A DNA stretch of 52,142 nucleotides from an uncultured Bacilli bacterium (GTDB lineage: Bacteria; Bacillota_I; Bacilli_A; RF39; UBA660). The DNA is taken from the NCBI GenBank assembly GCA_944373095.1, contig CALWAK010000002.1, positions 1 to 52,142 of the forward strand, in the 5' to 3' direction. The notes below the pieces were generated by a model that worked only from the letters and a program-made list of their open reading frames with translations, was not told where the DNA came from and did not search any database. Positions within the stretch are counted from its first letter, which is position 1; each line of letters starts with the position of its first letter. The position numbers and the translations under genes were made by a program. Below are positions 1 to 8,743 of this stretch, one piece after another.

Positions 1-112
1 GTTACAATCCTATAATTAGAAACTATTTATAAACTGTCCAACTTTTGGGGTTCAGTTCACTTAGCTAGTGGTTTTTTTAATGACTTACTTCGTAAGTCAC
101 ACACTAAAGTTT

Positions 113-138
113 AATAAAAAGTGATATCAATGTATCAC
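113..138 (-). terminator. Probable rho-independent terminator of the 146..820 gene
   Basis: Hairpin GTGATA-tcaatg-TATCAC at 121-138. On the minus strand it is followed by a T-run (plus-strand A-run 116-120). Confidence 0.45.
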
Positions 139-145
139 TATATAT

Positions 146-820
146 TTATTTGGAAGACTTTTTATTCCTATCTTTTTTATAAGTAGGTAATTTTACTTCT
201 TCTTTATCATTATGTTTTAAATTTACTATTTCATCAATTGTTTTTAATGGCCCAATTGGTGTTGAATTAAACGCTAAATCATCTTTATCTTGTTTATATG
301 AGATAGATATTATTATAAATCCTATAATTATTGAAACTATAATAAGTAATAAACCAGGTAAAACGTAAATAAAACGATTTTGATTATAATCTAAATTGCT
401 TACGATTTCATTTAAAACTTTCTTTAATTCATTTTTTTCAGAAATTTTTTCATATTTTAAATTATCATTTTTTATAATTTCTAATTCATTTGAATTTATT
501 TCTTCTTCTTTATTACAATATTCTTCACTATATCCAGAATTTTCATAAATTTCATTTAATTCTTGTTGTAAATTTTTCTTTTTTAACTCTAAATTAACAG
601 CATTTTCAGCTATTTCATTTAATTCCATTTCTACTATTTTTATATTATTTTCATATTCTTCTTTTCTTTCAACAGTATAATTTTTTTGATAATTATTTAA
701 TTTAGTTAATCCCAATACCATTAAAAGCATACCTACTATAATACCTAGAAAAATTACACAAATTCCTGCTACTAGAATGTTTTTATCACATAGTTTATTA
801 ACTTCTTTTTTCTTTACCAT
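146..820 (-). CDS. Membrane protein with two TM helices flanking a long E/K/N-rich coiled-coil-like segment; function unknown
   Basis: ORF track. N-terminal TM helix ILVAGICVIFLGIIVGMLLMVLGL and C-proximal TM helix LPGLLLIIVSIIIGFIIISI. No family motif recognised. Confidence 0.5.
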   Translation of the reverse strand: MVKKKEVNKLCDKNILVAGICVIFLGIIVGMLLMVLGLTKLNNYQKNYTVERKEEYENNIKIVEMELNEIAENAVNLELKKKNLQQELNEIYENSGYSEEYCNKEEEINSNELEIIKNDNLKYEKISEKNELKKVLNEIVSNLDYNQNRFIYVLPGLLLIIVSIIIGFIIISISYKQDKDDLAFNSTPIGPLKTIDEIVNLKHNDKEEVKLPTYKKDRNKKSSK

Positions 821-911
821 GTTATCCCTCTTTATTATAAAATAAATATATCATATAATTTTGCTTAATGCAAAATATTTTATTATATGATATAACTAAA
901 TTGGTGATAAT

Positions 912-2075
912 GTGAAAATAAAATTCTTTTTAATTATTTTTTTAATGCTAATTACTTGTGGATGTTCAAAAAATTTAGCTGAATTACAAATTAAAGATAA
1001 CTTAAATTTTATTTATGGTGAAGATATTTACTATGATGAATTAATAAAAATAAACAATGGTACACTTTTAAATACGGGTAAAATAAACTATACAGATGTT
1101 GGTTATCAAGAAATTAATATAGATTATATTGATATAAAAAAGCATAAAGGAAGTATAAAAGTTAATATAAATATTATAGATAATGAACCACCTTTATTAA
1201 GTTTAAGTTCTAATATGTACTCAATAGTAAATAATGATATAGATATATGTTCTAACGCCTTTTATGGAGATAATGCCGATAGAAACCCTAAATGTATTAT
1301 AGAAGGTGTTTATGATATTGATACAATTGGAATATATGATTTAATTGTAAAAGTTATTGATAATAGTGGCAATGAAACAACTAAAAATATTAAATTACAT
1401 ATAGTAGAAGAATTAAATAATAATTCTAACACTACAAATAATAAAGTTGATAAGTTAGATGAAATGATTATGAAATATAAAACAAATAGAACTATGATTG
1501 GAATAGATGTATCAAGTTATCAAGGAGATATTGATTGGCAAACAGTCAAGAATAGTGGTGTCGAATTTGCTATTATTAGAATTGGCTTTGGCCATAATAG
1601 TGAAGGAAAAATAGTTTTAGATAATAAAGCTTTAAATAATTTAAATAATGCAAAAGAAGTTGGTATTAAAATAGGTGGATATTTTTATTCTTATGCTACT
1701 GAACTTTGGGAAGCTAGAGAACAAGCAGATTTTATTATAGAAAATTTAAAAGGAATAAATCTTGATTTACCTATAGCATTTGATTTTGAAGATTGGAGTA
1801 ATTTTAAAAATTATAATATTAATTTTTATGATATTAACAATGTTGCTAAAGAATTTATGAATGTTTTAAAAGCAAATGGATATGAGATTATGAATTATGG
1901 AAGCAAATATTATCTAAATAATATTTGGGATACAACTAATTATAAAACATGGTTAGCTCACTATATATATAATACTGACTATGATAAAGATTATTATATT
2001 TGGCAATTTTCAAATACCGGAGAAGTTCCAGGAATTAGGGGCAATGTTGATTTAAACGTATTATATTTAGATTAA
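912..2075 (+). CDS. Exported (lipoprotein-like) GH25 muramidase/lysozyme with an N-terminal Ig-like region
   Basis: GTG start. Signal peptide ends LITCGC. The C-terminal half (GIDVSSYQGDIDWQTVKNSGVEFAIIRIG ... YIWQFS ... DLN) matches the glycoside hydrolase family 25 pattern. Confidence 0.75.
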   Translation: MKIKFFLIIFLMLITCGCSKNLAELQIKDNLNFIYGEDIYYDELIKINNGTLLNTGKINYTDVGYQEINIDYIDIKKHKGSIKVNINIIDNEPPLLSLSSNMYSIVNNDIDICSNAFYGDNADRNPKCIIEGVYDIDTIGIYDLIVKVIDNSGNETTKNIKLHIVEELNNNSNTTNNKVDKLDEMIMKYKTNRTMIGIDVSSYQGDIDWQTVKNSGVEFAIIRIGFGHNSEGKIVLDNKALNNLNNAKEVGIKIGGYFYSYATELWEAREQADFIIENLKGINLDLPIAFDFEDWSNFKNYNINFYDINNVAKEFMNVLKANGYEIMNYGSKYYLNNIWDTTNYKTWLAHYIYNTDYDKDYYIWQFSNTGEVPGIRGNVDLNVLYLD

Positions 2076-2149
2076 AAAAATTCGCATTTATGATACAAAT
2101 CTCACTTTTTATAATACATAGAGATTTATATCATTTGATGCGAATTTTT
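2076..2149. terminator. Long nested inverted repeat between convergent genes; likely bidirectional terminator
   Basis: AAAAATTCGCAT (2076-2087) pairs with ATGCGAATTTTT (2138-2149). An inner near-perfect repeat ATGATACAAATCTC / GAGATTTATATCAT lies between them. A/T runs sit on both sides. Confidence 0.5.
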
Positions 2150-3272
2150 AATTTATCAAGGTAATTTGTAATTCTTTTATTGTTCCACTTCTGTTTACTT
2201 TTATTGAAACTGTATCCCCAACGTTATGACGATATAATTCATATTTTAATTGGGCTGAAGAAGTTATTTTTATATTATCAAAATCAAGAATAATATCACC
2301 TTTTTTTATACCACCATTATCAGCGGCACTATCAGCCTCAACTGAATAAACAGCAACACCATATTCAACATTATCTGGGATTTCTAATCGATAAAATGAA
2401 GCTACATCTAATTCCATCATTGATACCCCTAATGTCGGTCTAGTAATATCTTCACCATTCATTATTTTGTTAGCAAAATCCATGGCATCTTCAATTGGAA
2501 TAGCAAACCCCATTCCCTCAACTCCACTTGAAACTAATTTCATATTAGTAACTCCAATAACCTCTCCATTAGAATTACATAGTGGTCCTCCGGAATTACC
2601 AGAGTTAATAGCAGCATCGGTTTGTAATACTTTCATCATATAATCACTAACACTTGTTTGTGATGATGTTGAAACTGTAACCATTCTATCTTTACCAGAT
2701 AAAATTCCTCTTGTAACCGTCCATGAATATGTTGAAGAATCAAGTGGTGCTCCTACTGCAAATAATGTATCTCCAACTCTAGCATCAGTACTTGAACCTA
2801 TTTCTGCAATAGTATAATCTTCTTTGGAATCAAAAGCTAAAACCGCTATATCAGAGTACTTGTCTCCACCAATAACTTCTACTTCATAAGTGGTATCATC
2901 AGTTAATACTATTTTGATAGTACTACCATCTTCAATTACATGATAATTAGTTATAACATAGAATTTATCATTATCTTCTTTAAATATAAAACCTGTTCCA
3001 GTTGCATAAAGTGTATCTCTTTTATATGTTTCTACAACAACTACTGCATCATAGATTTTCTCAACTGCATCCGCTATGCCATTTTCGTTTACGGTTACTT
3101 CTTTTTCTAATTTATTAATAACAGTTTGTCCAGGTATTAAAGTAATCACACCATACATACCCGCTGCGCCAATAGTAATCAAACATACTATTACAAGCAA
3201 TTTTACCCAAACACTATTAGTATTTTTTTTATTATTTATTATTTTTGCTTCATATACTTTTTCATTTTCCAT
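2148..3272 (-). CDS. htrA: HtrA/DegP-family (S1C) serine protease with N-terminal TM anchor and C-terminal PDZ domain
   Basis: Catalytic motifs NYHVIEDG, DIAVL and GNSGGPL. C-terminal PDZ-like segment (GVAVYSVEADSAADNGGIKKGDIIL). Confidence 0.9.
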   Translation of the reverse strand: MENEKVYEAKIINNKKNTNSVWVKLLVIVCLITIGAAGMYGVITLIPGQTVINKLEKEVTVNENGIADAVEKIYDAVVVVETYKRDTLYATGTGFIFKEDNDKFYVITNYHVIEDGSTIKIVLTDDTTYEVEVIGGDKYSDIAVLAFDSKEDYTIAEIGSSTDARVGDTLFAVGAPLDSSTYSWTVTRGILSGKDRMVTVSTSSQTSVSDYMMKVLQTDAAINSGNSGGPLCNSNGEVIGVTNMKLVSSGVEGMGFAIPIEDAMDFANKIMNGEDITRPTLGVSMMELDVASFYRLEIPDNVEYGVAVYSVEADSAADNGGIKKGDIILDFDNIKITSSAQLKYELYRHNVGDTVSIKVNRSGTIKELQITLIN

Positions 3273-4213
3273 TAAACATCCATCCTTGTTAAATTTTTAT
3301 AATTTTTAGGAAATCCTATTGAATCTAATACTTTATCAATTTTAATATGTACTAATTTGCCATCTAAAACATCTATTTCATAAGATATTTCGTTTAAAAG
3401 CAAACGAAATTGTTCCTCTCTTAACATTTGTTTTAATATTATAATTAATGCAAACAAATCATCTTTACCGTAAATATATTCTCCATTCATTTTAGGAATA
3501 TTTAAAAGGTAATGAAATTTAGTGTTTGAAATAATACGTTGTGATTTATGATTATATAAAATATCTTCATGTGCACATAAATTTCTAAAATTAGCTAAAA
3601 TAGGTAAATATATTACTAGATTTTCTGCACTTATTTTATAGATGTCTGCAATTTCTTTTTGATCCTCTGATTTTAGTATAGTAAATAATTCGCTAACTAT
3701 ACCAAAAGATAAAACTTTTACAACAATCCATAAAGGAACGTACCCATATTTATCTATAAAATGCATTGTTGCAGAATGTTGCCCACCATTTACCCTAATT
3801 TGACGTTGCATTTTTTTGATTAAATCTTGTACTTGCCTTCTTCGTTGCGGATCTTGATTAAAGTTTTTTGGATTCAAATAATTTTTTTCCTTAATACCAT
3901 ATTTTTTTGATAATTCATAAGAAAATATACTTTTAGCATTATTTTCAACTATTAAAATATTTTTAAAAATTATATTTCTTAATTGTCTATCAAAATTAAA
4001 CATTGCATATAATTCACGAAAGTTAGTATTAGTAATAAAATATCTTTCTTTCTCACTTTTTAAAAACAAATGACGATAACCCATTAAAAAAAAGTAATTT
4101 TCACGAAGCAAAACAGATTTTGCATATTCTATATCATCTATAATAAGACCTTTTTCTAATAAAATTTCAATTTGTTCATCAATTGTTTTGAAAGTCTTTT
4201 CTTTTACTTTCAT
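3272..4213 (-). CDS. Abi_2 (AbiD/AbiF-like) abortive-infection family protein
   Basis: 313 aa all-helical protein with the family-typical layout: N-terminal EQIEILLEKGLII, YFFLMGYRHLF, FDRQLRN, PLWIVVKVLSFG and RNLCAHEDILYN. Own RBS AGGTGA and an extended -10 TGATATAAT (4233-4241, minus strand). Confidence 0.7.
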   Translation of the reverse strand: MKVKEKTFKTIDEQIEILLEKGLIIDDIEYAKSVLLRENYFFLMGYRHLFLKSEKERYFITNTNFRELYAMFNFDRQLRNIIFKNILIVENNAKSIFSYELSKKYGIKEKNYLNPKNFNQDPQRRRQVQDLIKKMQRQIRVNGGQHSATMHFIDKYGYVPLWIVVKVLSFGIVSELFTILKSEDQKEIADIYKISAENLVIYLPILANFRNLCAHEDILYNHKSQRIISNTKFHYLLNIPKMNGEYIYGKDDLFALIIILKQMLREEQFRLLLNEISYEIDVLDGKLVHIKIDKVLDSIGFPKNYKNLTRMDV

Positions 4214-4300
4214 ACTATCACCTATTGTAAAAATTATATCACAACAGACATTTAAATGGTACTTATTTTAAATGATAAAAATAAGTTATTTTTGTGAAAT

Positions 4301-4933
4301 TTAAGTGAAATAACTAATTACCCCATTAGTTATTTTATTAGCCAATATTTTTTGATATTCATCAGTAACCAATTTTTCTCTTTCTTTAGTATTAGATATA
4401 AAACCACATTCTATTAGTACTCCTGGTATTTTTAAATATTGATACATATATATATCAGGCATCTGTTTAATACTTCTAGGAAAACTAATAGTATTTAATT
4501 CCTTTTGAATAAATTCTGCTAATATTTTATCATCTTCATTTTCATAAAATACTTGCCCACCACTATATTTAGAATCACTTAAATAATTAATATGAATTGA
4601 TAAATATAGGTCACTCATTGAGGTATTAATTAGTTTTATTCTATTATCAAAATCACTCTTTTTTCTTCTATCAGTATCAGGTGAAGATAACTCATAATCT
4701 CCTTCTCTTGTCATAATTACGCTTGCGCCATTTTTTATTAATTCAGTTTTAAGTTTTAACGCAATTGCTAAATTTAAATCTTTTTCTAAAATCTCATTAT
4801 AACTTGTACCTGCATCTTTTCCGCCATGGCCTGGATCAAGAACAATTGTTTTACCAGATAGTGGTAATGACGCTTGAATTTGGGTAACTCCAAATATAAA
4901 TACTATTAATAATATAAATATAACTTTCTTCAT
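4301..4933 (-). CDS. cwlD: N-acetylmuramoyl-L-alanine amidase (Amidase_3), CwlD-like germination-specific amidase
   Basis: Signal/TM, then LDPGHGGKDAG ... SIHINY ... GVLIECGFISN. Sits directly downstream of rplM-rpsI as in Bacillus. Start moved to M13 (4933) because the track start at 4969 lies inside the rpsI terminator hairpin. Confidence 0.75.
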   Translation of the reverse strand: MKKVIFILLIVFIFGVTQIQASLPLSGKTIVLDPGHGGKDAGTSYNEILEKDLNLAIALKLKTELIKNGASVIMTREGDYELSSPDTDRRKKSDFDNRIKLINTSMSDLYLSIHINYLSDSKYSGGQVFYENEDDKILAEFIQKELNTISFPRSIKQMPDIYMYQYLKIPGVLIECGFISNTKEREKLVTDEYQKILANKITNGVISYFT

Positions 4934-4949
4934 ATTTAATTTATATGAA

Positions 4950-4978
4950 GAAAAGAAAAAACCTTGCATATAGCAAGG
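4950..4978 (-). terminator. rho-independent terminator after rpsI
   Basis: CCTTGC-tatat-GCAAGG hairpin (4962-4978), followed on the minus strand by TTTTTTCTTTTCTTC. Confidence 0.7.
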
Positions 4979-4990
4979 AAAAATTTTAAA

Positions 4991-5410
4991 TTAACGTTTA
5001 GAAAATTGTGGAGCACGACGAGCTTTTTTAAGACCATATTTTTTACGTTCTTTAACTCTTGGATCTCTCTTAACAAAACCAGCTTTTTTCAAAATTTTAC
5101 GATAAGAATCTTCTCTAGTTTGATCAGTATTAGCATCATAATTAATTAATGCTCTTGCAATACCTAATCTAATTGCACCAGCTTGACCAGAAAATCCGCC
5201 ACCTTTTACAATAACTTCAATATCAAATTTATCAGCATTATTTGTAGCAACTAGAGGTTGTTTAATATCCATTACTAATGTTTCATAAGGCATATATTCA
5301 CTAACTGGAGTTCCATTTACGATTATATTACCTTTTCCAGTTGTCATTCTTACTTGAGCACTTGATCTTTTTCTACGACCAGTAGCAGTCCATACTTGTT
5401 TATTAGCCAT
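4991..5410 (-). CDS. rpsI: 30S ribosomal protein S9
   Basis: [13 protein letters not shown] ... [19 protein letters not shown] ... RRAPQFSKR. Preceded by AGGAGG. Confidence 0.97.
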   Translation of the reverse strand: MANKQVWTATGRRKRSSAQVRMTTGKGNIIVNGTPVSEYMPYETLVMDIKQPLVATNNADKFDIEVIVKGGGFSGQAGAIRLGIARALINYDANTDQTREDSYRKILKKAGFVKRDPRVKERKKYGLKKARRAPQFSKR

Positions 5411-5421
5411 GTTATTTCCTC

Positions 5422-5853
5422 CTATTTAACTTTCATTTCAATTGGTTTTTGAGCAACTTGTTCATATTTTTCATCAGCATAAACAAATAATTTTTTACCC
5501 ATTTTTCTTCCTAATGGTCCTTTTGGTAACATACCTTTTACAGCTCTTTCAACCATTTCTTCAGGATATTTTTCTAGCATTTCACTAGCAGTTCTTTCTC
5601 TTAATCCACCAGCATATCTACTGTGATTATAATACATCTTATCAGTTAATTTCTTACCAGTTAAATTAACCTTGCTAGCATTAATAACAATTACATAATC
5701 ACCACAGTCTACATGTGGAGTATAAGTTGGTTTATGTTTTCCTTTAAGAATTGTTGCAACTTTAGTTGCTAAACGTCCTAAGTTAATATCTGTAGCATCA
5801 ATAACATACCATTTACGATCTACATTTTCTTTTTTTTGCATAAATGTTTTCAT
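5422..5853 (-). CDS. rplM: 50S ribosomal protein L13
   Basis: [20 protein letters not shown] ... GRLAT ... is a typical L13 N-terminus. Start set at M17 of the track ORF, preceded by GAGAGGGAAAG. Confidence 0.95.
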   Translation of the reverse strand: MKTFMQKKENVDRKWYVIDATDINLGRLATKVATILKGKHKPTYTPHVDCGDYVIVINASKVNLTGKKLTDKMYYNHSRYAGGLRERTASEMLEKYPEEMVERAVKGMLPKGPLGRKMGKKLFVYADEKYEQVAQKPIEMKVK

Positions 5854-5934
5854 AATTCTTTCCCTCTCAAATATATAGAAACAGTTAACTTCCCACATCA
5901 AAAATTTCTACATAAATAAAATGTACCAGTTAAA

Positions 5935-5963
5935 AGTATATAAGAAAGTAGTGTAAAAGTCAA
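5935..5963 (-). promoter_or_regulatory. Sigma-A-type promoter for rplM-rpsI
   Basis: Minus strand: TTGACT (5963-5958), 17-nt spacer, TATACT (5940-5935). Confidence 0.5.
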
Positions 5964-5969
5964 ACAATT

Positions 5970-6965
5970 TTATTGATTTTTTTTAAGATTTAATTGTCTG
6001 ATTGGTTCATTATTAAATATCTTAGCAAATTTAGAAGAATATTTTTTCAATGTTTCGATATTTCTAACTGAATATAACCAACTTAAATAATTATGTAATT
6101 CTCTGTCAGTTACTTTATCAGATTCTAATACTATATTAATATATTTAATAACTTCATTTTCTACTAATTTTAATTGCTCATCGCTTAAACCTTCACAACA
6201 AACTATATTTCCAACCTCTATTGATGATAAATATCTTCTTATATAAATTAATAAATTTATATAAAATTTTTGATAGTTTAAGAAATTATTTTTTATAGTA
6301 GGCTCAATAGTTGCTACTAGTGAACTTAAAGATGAAGCCTTATCAGTTTGATTAAATAATTTTAATAAATTAAAATAGCTCATAACCATATAAGCAAAAT
6401 CATCTTCATCATTATTTACCATCGCTTTAATAACATCAATAGAATATTTTGAATCAATATTTAATAATATTAATAATGATTCTTTATCGATAGCATGAAT
6501 ATGGGCTATACACGCCCTTATTAAATTTTCATCTTTATAATTGGTAAGAACTAAACTTGGAAATAACTGATGTAATACTCTAGCTTTATTTATTATTTCT
6601 TTAATTATCCTTTTTTCATTCCTATAAACCATTTGTAAATCGTATAATTCTTCAACATTAGATGAATCTTTTATAAAACTCTCAATAATTCTTTCTCTAC
6701 ATATTTGATTATTATTTTCAGCAATGTCTAATAAATATTGTAATTTTTCACAGCTATAAGATTTACATAACATATCTACTATTTCATCATAATTAATATT
6801 TTTTAAATTCAATACTGCTTTAACATATAAACTATAATCTTTAGTTTTAATTATTTCTTTTGTTAGTAAATTACCATCTAATATATTTAATTCAAGTAAT
6901 TTATTAACAAAATCATAGTCTCTCATTTTAATTTTATCTATAATAACTTTTATATAATCTTCCAT
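5970..6965 (-). CDS. Hypothetical all-helical cytoplasmic protein (331 aa)
   Basis: Long ORF in the expected orientation. No recognisable motif and no TM segment. Confidence 0.5.
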   Translation of the reverse strand: MEDYIKVIIDKIKMRDYDFVNKLLELNILDGNLLTKEIIKTKDYSLYVKAVLNLKNINYDEIVDMLCKSYSCEKLQYLLDIAENNNQICRERIIESFIKDSSNVEELYDLQMVYRNEKRIIKEIINKARVLHQLFPSLVLTNYKDENLIRACIAHIHAIDKESLLILLNIDSKYSIDVIKAMVNNDEDDFAYMVMSYFNLLKLFNQTDKASSLSSLVATIEPTIKNNFLNYQKFYINLLIYIRRYLSSIEVGNIVCCEGLSDEQLKLVENEVIKYINIVLESDKVTDRELHNYLSWLYSVRNIETLKKYSSKFAKIFNNEPIRQLNLKKNQ

Positions 6966-7029
6966 ATAGCCTCCCTCATGGTTAAATATTATAAGTTAAT
7001 TATTAATTTTTTTAAAGAAAAAAATGACT

Positions 7030-7575
7030 TTAAAAGCCATTTATATCTAATAATTTTTGAAAATCTCCTTTTTCCATTAAATTATCATCTAATCTTGTTA
7101 TAATATTATTTCTTAAAATTTCATTATCTTTATTAACATAAATAATTGTTGGTACTTTTGTAATTAACCCTTCTTCAACATTTAAAAAATTATTGATAGC
7201 ACTAATAACATTATCATCATTTTTAATTGAATCTATATTTACATAATAAAATTTATCAGTCAAGTTATAATCTTTTATTAAAGTTTTTAGTTCTTTTTCT
7301 AAATTATAAATATCTTTATTTCCAGTATAAGAAATATAAATAAATCTCTCGCCAGTTAAATTTCTTAATTCTGATAAGTCTTCTTCAATATTATATTGTT
7401 TTTTTACTAATTTTTTACTTACTAGATAAGATTTACTTATTTTTGAATCCATATAACCATTATAAGTATAGTATATAAAATATCCAAATAGAAAAATACT
7501 GATAAATACTGTTACTACTAAAGCATATTTTTTAAAATCTTCTTCATACTTTTTTAAAGCTTTGCTTTTAGCCAT
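7030..7575 (-). CDS. Hypothetical membrane-anchored protein (single N-terminal TM)
   Basis: TM helix YALVVTVFISIFLFGYFIYY. The extracytoplasmic part has a thioredoxin-fold-like feel (VPTIIYV) but no CxxC motif, so no functional call is made. Confidence 0.45.
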   Translation of the reverse strand: MAKSKALKKYEEDFKKYALVVTVFISIFLFGYFIYYTYNGYMDSKISKSYLVSKKLVKKQYNIEEDLSELRNLTGERFIYISYTGNKDIYNLEKELKTLIKDYNLTDKFYYVNIDSIKNDDNVISAINNFLNVEEGLITKVPTIIYVNKDNEILRNNIITRLDDNLMEKGDFQKLLDINGF

Positions 7576-7708
7576 AATTATATCATCCTACTTTCTATAA
7601 TGATTATATCATAAGTATAAAATTATGCAAAGTACTAACAATATAGTATAGGTAAATTACTTATACATGAATTTTTTACTTACATAATCTATTCTTAGGA
7701 GGTATCAA

Positions 7709-8128
7709 ATGTTTATTGATGATATTAATTTTTTTATTGATGGCTCATTACCAACAAATAAAAATATAGAGTTAGTTAACGAAAATTTAGGATATATAAG
7801 AGGAAATATGTTTGCCGATGAATATATTCCTTATAAAAATTTTAAACTAAAAAATTTAGATCCTATTAGCAGAGAAGAAGAACTATTAATAAAAATTAGT
7901 GAGGCAGAGTTTGCCCTAAATGATTTAAGTTTATATTTAGATTTACATCCAGACAATGATTTTATATACAATAAATTTAAAATGTATGTTAAACAGTACA
8001 AAACTTATCTAGATGAATATGAAAGATCTTATGGTCCCCTTAATTTATGTTCTTCTTATTCAAGCAAATATGAATATTATAAAAATCCTTGGCCTTGGGA
8101 CAATGATGGAGGTGTAAAATATGTATAA
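7709..8128 (+). CDS. cotJB: Spore coat protein CotJB family, with an N-terminal extension
   Basis: SEAEFALNDLSLYLDLHPDNDFIYNKFKMYVKQYKTYLDEYERSYGPL is the CotJB signature. Strong RBS AGGAGG. Overlaps cotJC by 8 nt. Confidence 0.75.
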   Translation: MFIDDINFFIDGSLPTNKNIELVNENLGYIRGNMFADEYIPYKNFKLKNLDPISREEELLIKISEAEFALNDLSLYLDLHPDNDFIYNKFKMYVKQYKTYLDEYERSYGPLNLCSSYSSKYEYYKNPWPWDNDGGVKYV

Positions 8129-8678
8129 ATATGAAAAACATCTTGCATTTCCCGTAAATATTAGGAAAAAAGATTTACGTATGGCAAAATATATAATTAG
8201 TGCCTTAGGCGGGTATGCCGGTGAACTAGGAGCTGCTTTAAGGTATTTTTCGCAAAGTTTTTCAATGCCCGATGCAAAAGGTAAAGCATTACTTAATATG
8301 ATTGCTACCGAAGAACTTGGACATTGTGAGATGATATCTACAATGTTTAGACAGTTAATTAAAGACGCTACTCTTGAAGAATTAGAAAGTGTTGGTTTGG
8401 GAGAATATTATACTGAACATGGAAAAGGAGTTTATCCATTAAATCCATCTGGAGTTTCTTTTACAGCAGATTATTTTGCATCAACAGGAAATCCTGTAGC
8501 CGATTTATGTGAAGATATGGCTGCTGAGGAAAAAGCACGTGCAGGATATGAAAATCTTCTTAATTTAGCTGAAGATCCTGACTTAATACAACCATTACTC
8601 TTCTTAAGACAACGTGAGGTTATCCATTACAATAGATTTAAAGAACTTTATGAAGAATATAAAAATAAAGGTGTATAA
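8121..8678 (+). CDS. cotJC: Spore coat protein CotJC (manganese-catalase family)
   Basis: GGYAGELGAALRYFSQSF ... ATEELGHCEM ... AAEEKARAGYE is the Mn-catalase/CotJC di-metal ligand pattern. Confidence 0.9.
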   Translation: MYKYEKHLAFPVNIRKKDLRMAKYIISALGGYAGELGAALRYFSQSFSMPDAKGKALLNMIATEELGHCEMISTMFRQLIKDATLEELESVGLGEYYTEHGKGVYPLNPSGVSFTADYFASTGNPVADLCEDMAAEEKARAGYENLLNLAEDPDLIQPLLFLRQREVIHYNRFKELYEEYKNKGV

Positions 8679-8743
8679 TACATCTTTTTTTGATAAAATA
8701 ATATTTGTTGAGATTAAACTATTATAGGAATAGAAAGTTTAAT

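Noticed and set aside
1-60. The segment AAACTGTCCAACTTTTGGGGTTCAGTTCAC at the window edge resembles terminal sequences seen at the ends of some Firmicute insertion sequences
   Set aside because: This rests only on a vague memory of similar strings. No transposase ORF or matching inverted repeat is visible in the window, so it cannot be supported from this sequence alone.
7576-7708. Possible sigma-E-type sporulation promoter upstream of cotJ
   Set aside because: Only weak partial matches to CATACA-T-like -10 elements in very AT-rich DNA. They cannot be distinguished from chance by eye.
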